DNA of 64,000 nucleotides from Oscillospiraceae bacterium (GTDB taxonomy: Bacteria; Bacillota; Clostridia; Oscillospirales; Oscillospiraceae): positions 3-64,002 of the forward strand of contig JAAWKB010000003.1 of the NCBI GenBank assembly GCA_022797115.1, in the 5' to 3' direction. Shown in pieces: positions 9,205-17,267 of this stretch. The notes beneath the pieces are model-generated. The model was not told where the DNA came from. It worked only from the letters and a program-made list of their open reading frames with translations, and ran no database searches. Position numbers and translations under genes: made by a program. The first letter of the stretch is position 1. Every line of letters begins with the position of its first letter.

Positions 9205-9440
9205 ACCGCAAGACCTTCCCTTTCCTTGGATTTTCGATATCCTTGCCATAAGGATATGCCGGACACGCCGGGCAAATGCCCCGGTATGGGCTGAAATTTC
9301 GCTTTCCGGGCCTGTTTCCACTTTGTAATCCTTTGTTTCTCCATTGTTCCTAAACCATGACAGGATTGTGAAGATTTTATCTATCGCCTGTGCTACACTA
9401 GCCCTATCACAAATTTCGATAGAAGGGCGGTTGTGGAACC

Positions 9441-10301
9441 GTGGAACGGCATGATTTATATGATGTACGGAAGATGATCCCGGTCCGCCGGGGGCCTGTG
9501 CGCCGCCGGCTGGGCATGGCATATTATACAGGCAGGCGCTACCTGCTGTGGGCCTCGGGCAAATACCGCTTTGCCCAGGCACGGGAGACAGCCGCCAGCC
9601 TGCCCTATGTCCACGCCAGCCATGCCACGCCGCTGCTGCGCCAGCTCCAGGGCGTGGACATGTGCTACCAATACAACAAGATTACCAACCTGCGCCTGGC
9701 GGTGCAGCATCTGGACGGCCTGCTCCTGCGCCCCGGGGAGACCATGAGCTATTGGAAGCTCATCGGCCGGCCCACCTATAAGAAGGGCTATCTGGACGGC
9801 CTGATCCTTTCCTGCGGCCAGTTCGGCCACGGCGTTGGCGGCGGCCTGTGCCAGCTGAGCAACCTGATTTTTTGGATGACGTTGCATACGCCCCTGACCG
9901 TGGACGAGCGGTACCGCCACAGCCACGACGTCTTCCCGGACAGCGGCCGCACCCAGCCCTTCGGCAGCGGGGCGACCTGCGCCTATCCCCACCGGGACCT
10001 GATGATTACCAACGACACCGGCCGCACCTTCCAGCTGCGCCTGCATGTGGGGGAGACGCACCTGGAGGGGGCCTGGCACTGCGACTATGAGCCCTATGTC
10101 CGCTACCGGGTGGTGGAGCGGGACCACGAGATCCGGCCGGAGTTTTTCGGCGGCTACAGCCGGCACAACAGGCTTTACCGGCAGACCCTCAACCCGGACG
10201 GGGAGGTGCTGTGCGAGGAGCTGATGGTGGAAAACCATGCGCTGATGATGTACAGCCCCCTGCTCTCGCCGCCGGAGGGGCCAATCGTTAAAAAAGCATG
10301 A
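9441..10301 (+). CDS. VanW-family protein
   Basis: GGGLCQLSNLIFWMTLHTPL...RYRHSHDVFPDSGRTQPFGSGATC is the VanW core. GTG at 9441; in-frame ATGs at 9474 and 9516 are alternative starts. Confidence 0.8.
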   Translation: MERHDLYDVRKMIPVRRGPVRRRLGMAYYTGRRYLLWASGKYRFAQARETAASLPYVHASHATPLLRQLQGVDMCYQYNKITNLRLAVQHLDGLLLRPGETMSYWKLIGRPTYKKGYLDGLILSCGQFGHGVGGGLCQLSNLIFWMTLHTPLTVDERYRHSHDVFPDSGRTQPFGSGATCAYPHRDLMITNDTGRTFQLRLHVGETHLEGAWHCDYEPYVRYRVVERDHEIRPEFFGGYSRHNRLYRQTLNPDGEVLCEELMVENHALMMYSPLLSPPEGPIVKKA

Positions 10302-10432
10302 ATTTTCTGCAAAACGCCCCTGCCGCACTTGCGGCGGGGGCCCATTTATGGTAAACTGAATTTATTCTTATGCAATTGCGGAAAATATGATGTAATTTGC
10401 CGAAAATATCAAGTAAGCACGAGGAAATAATT

Positions 10433-11596
10433 ATGGAAATCACACAGGGCGTGCGCTTTGACACGCTGGGGCTGTCCCCGGATCTCATGCGCGCACTGGA
10501 AAAGAAGGGGTATGAGCTGTCCACGCCCATCCAGGCCGGATGCATCCCCCCTATGATGGATTGGCAGGACGTCACCGCCAAGGCCCCTACCGGTACGGGC
10601 AAGACCTTCGCTTTCGGCATCCCCATCATTGAACATACCGATACAGACTCCGACCAGGTCCAGGCCGTGGTCCTGGCCCCCACCCGGGAGCTGGCCATGC
10701 AGATCACCGCCGAGATGCGGGAGCTGGCCCAGTTCAAGCCCGGCGTGCGCATGGTCTGCCTCTATGGTGGACAGCCCATCGGCAAGCAGATCGACGCGCT
10801 GAAAAAGCGGCCCCAGATCGTGGTGGCAACCCCCGGCCGCCTGGGGGACCACATGAAGCGGCGCACGGTGCGCATCGACCAGGTCCGCACCGCCGTCCTG
10901 GATGAGGCGGACCGGATGCTGGACATGGGCTTCATCCACGATGTCACCAAGCTTTTGGACCAGATGAAGAACCGAAAGAACCTGGGCCTTTTCTCCGCCA
11001 CCATCAGCCGTGAGGTCATGGACATCGCCTGGGTCTACCAGCGCGACCCGGTGGAGGTGACAGTCCGGGCCGACGAGGTCAACAAGCCGGATATCCTCCA
11101 GTACCGCCTGGAGCTGTCCATGAACAGCAAGGTAGACGCGGTGGAGAAGATCCTGGAGCAGGAGCAGTTTGACCGGGTGATGGTCTTCTGCAACACCAAG
11201 GGCAACACCGAGCGGGTGACGAAGCTCCTGCAAATGCGGGGTATCGACGCTCTTTGCATCCACGGCGATATCCCCCAGGAGAAGCGGGAGAAGGTCATGG
11301 CCCGGTTCCGCCGGGGGGAGCTGCGGGTATTTGTCGCCACCGATGTGGCGGCCCGGGGCATCGACGTGGACGACGTGGACGCGGTTTTCAACTACGACGT
11401 GCCCGATGAAAACGAGTACTATGTCCACCGCATCGGCCGTACCGGCCGGGCCAAGCGCCACGGCGTGGCCTATACCTTCGTCACCGACTATCCCGGACTG
11501 GTGCGCTTAAACGACATCGCCAAGCATACCCGCAATGAAATCCAGCCGGTGCAGTTTGGTCCTGACGGGCGCCTCGTCCCCGTCCAGGCCAAGTGA
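10433..11596 (+). CDS. DEAD-box ATP-dependent RNA helicase
   Basis: Q-motif TPIQ, Walker A APTGTGKT, DEAD (LDEADRML), SAT, HRIGRTGR. ATG 10433 preceded by gagga (the track start at 10397 is TTG). Confidence 0.92.
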   Translation: MEITQGVRFDTLGLSPDLMRALEKKGYELSTPIQAGCIPPMMDWQDVTAKAPTGTGKTFAFGIPIIEHTDTDSDQVQAVVLAPTRELAMQITAEMRELAQFKPGVRMVCLYGGQPIGKQIDALKKRPQIVVATPGRLGDHMKRRTVRIDQVRTAVLDEADRMLDMGFIHDVTKLLDQMKNRKNLGLFSATISREVMDIAWVYQRDPVEVTVRADEVNKPDILQYRLELSMNSKVDAVEKILEQEQFDRVMVFCNTKGNTERVTKLLQMRGIDALCIHGDIPQEKREKVMARFRRGELRVFVATDVAARGIDVDDVDAVFNYDVPDENEYYVHRIGRTGRAKRHGVAYTFVTDYPGLVRLNDIAKHTRNEIQPVQFGPDGRLVPVQAK

Positions 11597-11612
11597 CTGC
11601 GGGGGGACAGGT

Positions 11613-13436
11613 ATGCGAAACATCAGCAAGAGCTTTGCGGCGGCGCTGCTGGCGGCCCTTCTGACCCTGTCCGCCTGCGCCAGCCAGCCGGTAAACAATG
11701 GCGGCGCTGCCAGTCCGGATATGCCGGGCAGCGAGCCCGTCACCCTCTCCGTGGCGGTGACGGATACCCAGGACACACTGGACCCGGCCCGCGTCACCGC
11801 CCAGGGCGGGGAGACCGTCCTCTATCACCTCTTTGAAAACCTGATGCGCTGGGAGGATAACGGCGAGGGCTGGGCGGTCCTGGCCCCCGGCCAGGCGGAG
11901 AGCTACACCCTGGATACCGACTACGCCGGCAACGCCACCTATACCTTTACCCTGCGGGAGGGGCTTCTCTGGTCCGACGGCAAGAGCGTGAAGGCGGACG
12001 ACTTCGTCACCGCATGGCAGCGTCTGGCCAACCCGGCAAACGACCTGCCCCACCGGGAGCTGCTCTCCTGTGTGTCGGGCTACGGCCAGGTCCAGGAGAC
12101 GGGGGACACCTCCCTGCTGGCCGTGTCCGCCCCCAATGCGCGGACCTTTGTCGTGACTCTGGACGGCAGCCACGCCCACTTCCTGGAGGAGGTGTGCGGG
12201 GGGGCCTATACGATGCCGGTGCGGGCGGATCTGGCCGTCAGTGACGGCTGGGGCAAAACCGCCTCCGCCACCATCACCAACGGCCCCTACACGGCGGCCT
12301 ACCTCAGCCGCAACCAGGTCACGCTGGAGCGAAGCGAGACCTACTACAACAGCGAGGCCATTCTCCCGGACGTGATCCAATTCACCACCCGCACAGGCTC
12401 ATCCGCGGATTACCAGAAGCTGCTGGGCGGGGAGCTGGCCCTGGTGACAGATCTGCCGGAGGAACCGCTCCAGGCCCTGGCGGACAGCGGCCTGTGGACG
12501 CCGGAGCCGGTGACGGCCACCTACGGCGTCCTGCTCAACACCCGCCAGCCTCCCTTTGATGACAGCAATGTCCGTCAGGCATTCCGGCTGGTCATTGACA
12601 GCCAGGCCCTGGCAGAGGCGCTGAACAGCCCGGCTGTCCGCTCCGTCCCAGGGCTGGTCCCCTACGGCGTGTCCGATTACGGGGAGCGCGTCCTTCCGGC
12701 ACAGCCGGCGGATGAGGGCATGGCCCTGCCCGATCCCAACGCCGGCCCCCCGGCGGCAGAGCCTGCCGCTGTGTTCTGGGACTTCCGCGCCCACAGCCTG
12801 GAGAAGGTGACGGCCCATGGGGGGCAGGACTATGCAGCGGACTGTGCCAGGGCCAAGGCCCTGCTGGCCCAGGCCGGCTATGCCGGCGGGGGCGGTTTCC
12901 CCATTGTAGAATATCTCTATGTGGAGTCCAGCTGGGGCCGCGAGCTGGCTTCTGTCCTGCGGCGGATGTGGCAGGACCAGCTGGGGGTAGCCGTGATCAC
13001 GCGGGGGGTGAGCCAGGAGGAATATGACGCCCTCGTACAGATGCAGGCCATCCCGGATGAGGCCATGGAGGACGGGGCCGTCGCCCGGCAGGTGGAGGAT
13101 CTGCCGGCGGCCACCGGTGAATTTACCATGGCGGGCCAGGCGTTCACGGTTCCCTACAGCGACGCCGGCGTGCTGCTGGACCGCTGGTACAGCAAAAGCG
13201 AGGACAATGTCTCCGGCTACGCCAGCGACGCGTTTGATATCCTGCTGGACGCCGCCCGGGCCGCTGTCTCCCCGGAGGCGCGGGATGCCTACCTCCACGA
13301 TGCGGAGGCTATCCTGCTGGAGGATGCACCCGTTATTCCCGTCTGCTGCCTGGGGGGGAGTTTCCAGCTGGCCGAGGGCCTTTCCGGCCTCTACCGTGCG
13401 CCGGACGAGGTGTACTTCCTGTATGGCGTGGCGTAA
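11613..13436 (+). CDS. ABC transporter substrate-binding lipoprotein, family 5 (peptide/nickel, OppA-like)
   Basis: Start MRNISKSFAAALLAALLTLSAC (lipobox LSAC); family-5 SBP-like body. No cognate permease or ATPase genes adjacent. Confidence 0.8.
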   Translation: MRNISKSFAAALLAALLTLSACASQPVNNGGAASPDMPGSEPVTLSVAVTDTQDTLDPARVTAQGGETVLYHLFENLMRWEDNGEGWAVLAPGQAESYTLDTDYAGNATYTFTLREGLLWSDGKSVKADDFVTAWQRLANPANDLPHRELLSCVSGYGQVQETGDTSLLAVSAPNARTFVVTLDGSHAHFLEEVCGGAYTMPVRADLAVSDGWGKTASATITNGPYTAAYLSRNQVTLERSETYYNSEAILPDVIQFTTRTGSSADYQKLLGGELALVTDLPEEPLQALADSGLWTPEPVTATYGVLLNTRQPPFDDSNVRQAFRLVIDSQALAEALNSPAVRSVPGLVPYGVSDYGERVLPAQPADEGMALPDPNAGPPAAEPAAVFWDFRAHSLEKVTAHGGQDYAADCARAKALLAQAGYAGGGGFPIVEYLYVESSWGRELASVLRRMWQDQLGVAVITRGVSQEEYDALVQMQAIPDEAMEDGAVARQVEDLPAATGEFTMAGQAFTVPYSDAGVLLDRWYSKSEDNVSGYASDAFDILLDAARAAVSPEARDAYLHDAEAILLEDAPVIPVCCLGGSFQLAEGLSGLYRAPDEVYFLYGVA

Positions 13437-13464
13437 AGCCTGTTTCGCCTGCCCCCTATGAGCG

Positions 13465-13491
13465 GGAAGAGCCCGTTACTCTTCCTTTTTC
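13465..13491 (+). terminator. rho-independent terminator
   Basis: ggaagag/cccgtta/ctcttcc followed by ttttt. Confidence 0.7.
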
Positions 13492-13552
13492 TGGTATGAA
13501 AAAGGATCATCCCCTATACAATTTATGACATGCATATGCATGGAGGAGGAAA

Positions 13553-15448
13553 ATGTTTATGAACAGCTGTACCGACTGCTTCAGCCGCAACACCTGTGCC
13601 AGTGCGGACAAGCCCATGGAGGCCTACATCCGCCAGCTGCCCCGTGAGACTGCCCACCACCGTGTGGAGACCCAGGAGACCAAGTGCGGCTTTGGCCTGC
13701 AGGGGGTGTGCTGCCGCCTGTGCGCCAACGGCCCCTGCCGGATCACCCCCGACGCCCCCCGCGGCATCTGCGGGGCGAATGCGGATACCATCGTTGCCCG
13801 GAACTTCCTCCGGGCCGTGGCCGCCGGCTCCGGCTGCTATATCCATGTGGTGGAGAACACCGCCCGGCAGCTGAAAAATACGGGCCTGCACAAGGACAAG
13901 ATCCGCAGCGAAAAGGCCCTCAACCATCTGGCTGAACTCTTCGGCGTCACCGGCACGGACAAATACGACCTGTGCGTGAAGGTGGCGGACGCTGTCCTCT
14001 CCGACCTCTACCGGCCCGAGTACGAGCCCATGGAGCTGGTGGAGAAGCTGGCCTACGCCCCCCGCGTCAAGCGCTGGAAGGAGCTGGGCATCCTGCCCGG
14101 CGGCGCGAAGGGCGAGGTGTTCAACAACATTGTCAAGACCTCTACCAACCTCAGCTCCGACCCGGTGGAGATGATGGTCTCCTGCCTGCGCCTGGGCATC
14201 TCCACGGGCCTGTACGGCCTCCAGCTGACCAACCTGCTCAACGACGTGGTCCTGGGCGACCCAGAGATCCGCATGGCTCCCGTGGGCATGAACGTCATTG
14301 ATCCCGACTACATCAACATCCTCATCACCGGCCATCAGCACTCCCTGTTCACCTACATCCAGGACCGGCTGCTGGACGAGGACGTGGTGGCCAAGGCCAA
14401 GGCCGCCGGGGCCAAGGGCTTCAAGCTGGTGGGCTGCACCTGCGTAGGCCAGGATCTCCAGCTGCGCGGCGCACACTACACCGAGATCTTCGACGGCCAT
14501 GCGGGCAACAACTACATCTCCGAGGCGGTGCTCTCCTGCGGCGCTATCGACGCGGTGCTCAGTGAGTTCAACTGCACCCTGCCCGGCATTGAGCCCATCT
14601 GCGATGAGCTGAAGATCAAGCAGATCTGCCTGGACGTGGTGGCCAAGAAGGCCAACGCCGAGTACATCCCCTTCCACTACGAGACCCGCCAGGCTGACGG
14701 CGACCGGATCATTGACGCGGTGATTGCCGCCTATACCGAGCGGCGTGGCAAGGTGCCTATGAACCTCTTCGCGGACCACGGCAACAAGAACACCCTCACC
14801 GGCGTCAGCGAGGGCAGCCTGAAGGCGTTCCTGGGCGGCAGCTGGAAGCCCCTGATTGATCTGATCGTCTCCGGCAAGATCAAGGGCCTGGCCGGGGTAG
14901 TGGGCTGCTCCAGCGTGGCCTACGGCCACGACACCCTCACCGCCGAGCTGACCAAGGAGCTGATTGCCAAGGATATCCTGGTGCTCACTGCGGGCTGTTC
15001 CTCCGGCGGTCTGGAGAACATCGGCCTGATGACCCCCGAGGCCGCCGAGCTGGCCGGCCCCAACCTGAAGGCTGTCTGTAAGGAGCTGGGCATCCCCCCG
15101 GTCCTCAACTTCGGCCCCTGCCTGGCCATCGGCCGGCTGGAGATCGTAGCCACCGAGATCGCCGGGGAGCTGGGCGTGGACCTGCCCCAGCTGCCTCTGG
15201 TCCTCTCCGCCGCCCAGTGGCTGGAGGAGCAGGCCCTGGCCGACGGCGCGTTCGGCTTGGCCCTGGGGCTGCCCCTGCATCTGGGCGTGCCCCCCTTCAT
15301 GACCGGCAGCAAGCTGGTCACCAAGGTGCTGACCGAGGACATGGTGGAGCTCACCGGCGGCCGCGTCATCATCGACCCCAACGGCAAGTCCGCCGCCAAC
15401 ACCCTGGAGGCCATCATCGAGGAGAAGCGCCGGGCCCTGAACATTTAA
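13553..15448 (+). CDS. cooS: anaerobic Ni-dependent carbon monoxide dehydrogenase catalytic subunit
   Basis: N-terminal cluster motifs CGFGLQGVCCRLCANGPC and ICGANADTIVARNF; length 631 aa, typical of CooS. Confidence 0.92.
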   Translation: MFMNSCTDCFSRNTCASADKPMEAYIRQLPRETAHHRVETQETKCGFGLQGVCCRLCANGPCRITPDAPRGICGANADTIVARNFLRAVAAGSGCYIHVVENTARQLKNTGLHKDKIRSEKALNHLAELFGVTGTDKYDLCVKVADAVLSDLYRPEYEPMELVEKLAYAPRVKRWKELGILPGGAKGEVFNNIVKTSTNLSSDPVEMMVSCLRLGISTGLYGLQLTNLLNDVVLGDPEIRMAPVGMNVIDPDYINILITGHQHSLFTYIQDRLLDEDVVAKAKAAGAKGFKLVGCTCVGQDLQLRGAHYTEIFDGHAGNNYISEAVLSCGAIDAVLSEFNCTLPGIEPICDELKIKQICLDVVAKKANAEYIPFHYETRQADGDRIIDAVIAAYTERRGKVPMNLFADHGNKNTLTGVSEGSLKAFLGGSWKPLIDLIVSGKIKGLAGVVGCSSVAYGHDTLTAELTKELIAKDILVLTAGCSSGGLENIGLMTPEAAELAGPNLKAVCKELGIPPVLNFGPCLAIGRLEIVATEIAGELGVDLPQLPLVLSAAQWLEEQALADGAFGLALGLPLHLGVPPFMTGSKLVTKVLTEDMVELTGGRVIIDPNGKSAANTLEAIIEEKRRALNI

Positions 15449-15461
15449 GGAGGGCGCGGAG

Positions 15462-15935
15462 ATGAAACGAATTTTTATTGACCCCGCCAAGTGCGACGGG
15501 TGCAAGAGCTGCACCCTGGCCTGCATGGCGTCCCACCAGGACATGGCCCCCCGCCAGGGCAGCCTGACAGAGCTGCGCCAGGCCATCTACGCCCTGGACC
15601 TGACCGATCCCGCCACCCAGTCCCGCAACCGGATCGTCTCCGACGGCGAGGGGGGCTACCGCCCCCTCTTCTGCCGCCACTGCGACATACCGGACTGCGC
15701 AGGGGCGTGCATGAGCGGCGCGCTGCAAAAAAATATGGAAACTGGCCTGGTGGAGTATAATGCGGACAAATGCGCGGCATGTTATATGTGTGTCATGAAC
15801 TGCCGCTACGGTGTGCCCGCCATCTCCCCCGACCGGAAGCGGATGGTGAAATGCGACTTCTGCCAGCATCTGGAGGAGGGGCCCGCCTGCGTCCGGGCCT
15901 GCCCCAAGAAGGCGATTGAAGTGAGAGAGGTGTGA
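15462..15935 (+). CDS. cooF: 4Fe-4S ferredoxin-type electron-transfer protein (CooF-like)
   Basis: CDGCKSCTLAC, CRHCDIPDC, CAACYMCVMNC and CDFC...C..ACP motifs; directly follows cooS. Confidence 0.85.
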   Translation: MKRIFIDPAKCDGCKSCTLACMASHQDMAPRQGSLTELRQAIYALDLTDPATQSRNRIVSDGEGGYRPLFCRHCDIPDCAGACMSGALQKNMETGLVEYNADKCAACYMCVMNCRYGVPAISPDRKRMVKCDFCQHLEEGPACVRACPKKAIEVREV

Positions 15936-17167
15936 GCATGGAGAGATTTGTCATCATCGGCGCCGGCGCGGCCGGAATCACCGCCGCCCAGGTACTCCGG
16001 GAGTTCCGGGAGAAGGACGTCATCACCGTCATCTCCACGGACGAGCAGGTCCACTCCCGCTGTATGCTCCATAAATATCTGGGCCACCAGCGGGATGCCC
16101 AGGGCATCAATTTTGTAGGGGCAGACTTTTTTGAGAAGCATAACATCTACCACCTTGCCGGCCAGTCCGTGAGCAAGATCGATACCCAGGCCAAGACGGT
16201 CGCTTATGGCGACGGCTACAGCACGCCCTACGACAAGCTGCTCATCGCCACCGGGGCCGGCTTCTTCATCCCCCCCATCCCCCACTTCCGGGAGGCCCCC
16301 AATGTCTTCGGTTTCCGTGATCTCAGCGACGCGCTGAAAATCGATGACGCCTTTGCCAAGGGCAAGCGGGTGTTTATCGTGGGCTCCGGCCTGGTGGGCC
16401 TGGACGCCGCCTCCGCCCTGTGCGAGCGGGGCGCGGAGATCACCATTGCCGAGATGGCCCCCCGGGTCATGCCCCTGCAAACGGACGACTATGCCGCCTC
16501 CGTCTATCAGAAGGTCTTTGAGGAGCGCGGGTGCCGGTTCCTGCTGGGCATCGGGGCCACAGACGCTGTGGTGGACGGGGAGGGGAACATCACCGAGGTG
16601 ATCCTCTCCACCGGGGAGCATGTGCCCTGTGACTTCATCATTATGGCCGCCGGCGTCCGCCCCCGCATCCAGATCGCCTTGGACAGCGGCATCACCGCCG
16701 AGCGGGCCATCCAGGTGGACGACCATCTGCGCACCTCTGCGCCGGACGTGTTTGCCGCCGGGGACTGCACGGGCCTGAGCGGCGTATGGCCGGACGCCAT
16801 GGCCCAGGGCAAGGCGGCGGCGCTGAATATGGCGGGTGTGGACGAGGTCTACGAGAAGCCGTACCCCTTCAAGAATACCAGCAACTTCTTCGGCGTCACC
16901 ATGCTGTCTGTGGGCCGCCTGGACCAGACAGAGGGGGCGGAGATTCTGGTACACAAGACGCCCAAGGAGTACAAAAAGGCCATCATCAAGGACGGTAAGC
17001 TCACCGGCTACCTCTCCCTGGGGGATATCTCCAACAGCGGCCTGTACCTGCACCTCATCAAAAACGGCATCAACGTAGGGGGCAAGGAGGACCGGATCTT
17101 CCGGCTGACCTTTGCGGACTTCTACGGCATCAACGAGAAAAACGGCGAGTACGTCTATACAGTATAA
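15932..17167 (+). CDS. FAD/NAD(P)-dependent pyridine nucleotide-disulfide oxidoreductase
   Basis: Overlaps the cooF stop by 4 nt. Rossmann motifs IIGAGAAG and IVGSGLVGLD; GDC motif AAGDCTG. Confidence 0.88.
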   Translation: MSMERFVIIGAGAAGITAAQVLREFREKDVITVISTDEQVHSRCMLHKYLGHQRDAQGINFVGADFFEKHNIYHLAGQSVSKIDTQAKTVAYGDGYSTPYDKLLIATGAGFFIPPIPHFREAPNVFGFRDLSDALKIDDAFAKGKRVFIVGSGLVGLDAASALCERGAEITIAEMAPRVMPLQTDDYAASVYQKVFEERGCRFLLGIGATDAVVDGEGNITEVILSTGEHVPCDFIIMAAGVRPRIQIALDSGITAERAIQVDDHLRTSAPDVFAAGDCTGLSGVWPDAMAQGKAAALNMAGVDEVYEKPYPFKNTSNFFGVTMLSVGRLDQTEGAEILVHKTPKEYKKAIIKDGKLTGYLSLGDISNSGLYLHLIKNGINVGGKEDRIFRLTFADFYGINEKNGEYVYTV

Positions 17168-17175
17168 CAGTATAC

Positions 17176-17204
17176 CGGCCGGGCCTATCAGGGCCCGGCC
17201 GTTT
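17176..17204 (+). terminator. rho-independent terminator of the cooS operon
   Basis: ggccgggcc/tatca/ggcccggcc followed by gttt. Confidence 0.6.
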
Positions 17205-17210
17205 GGAAAA

Positions 17211-17265
17211 GCATCTTTTTGACACAGCGAGCAGGGGCCCCGCGCCAATGGCGCGGGGCCCCTGC
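17211..17265 (+). repeat. CTTTTTGACAC motif plus GC hairpin (short form)
   Basis: gcatctttttgacac (17211-17225), then a 16-bp stem gcaggggccccgcgcc/aat/ggcgcggggcccctgc (17231-17265), 2 nt from the tex stop. Confidence 0.6.
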
Positions 17266-17267
17266 AA

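Noticed and set aside
9205-9582. N-terminal extensions of track ORFs (for example 8068..9582, 19443..20594, 24871..25581, 44271..45275, 45121..46707, 48350..50182, 42882..43514, 32226..32708)
   Set aside because: In each case an internal ATG or GTG preceded by a GGAGG-like RBS starts the recognisable domain or signal peptide. The upstream extension is Pro/Arg/Gly-rich read-through of intergenic or neighbouring sequence.
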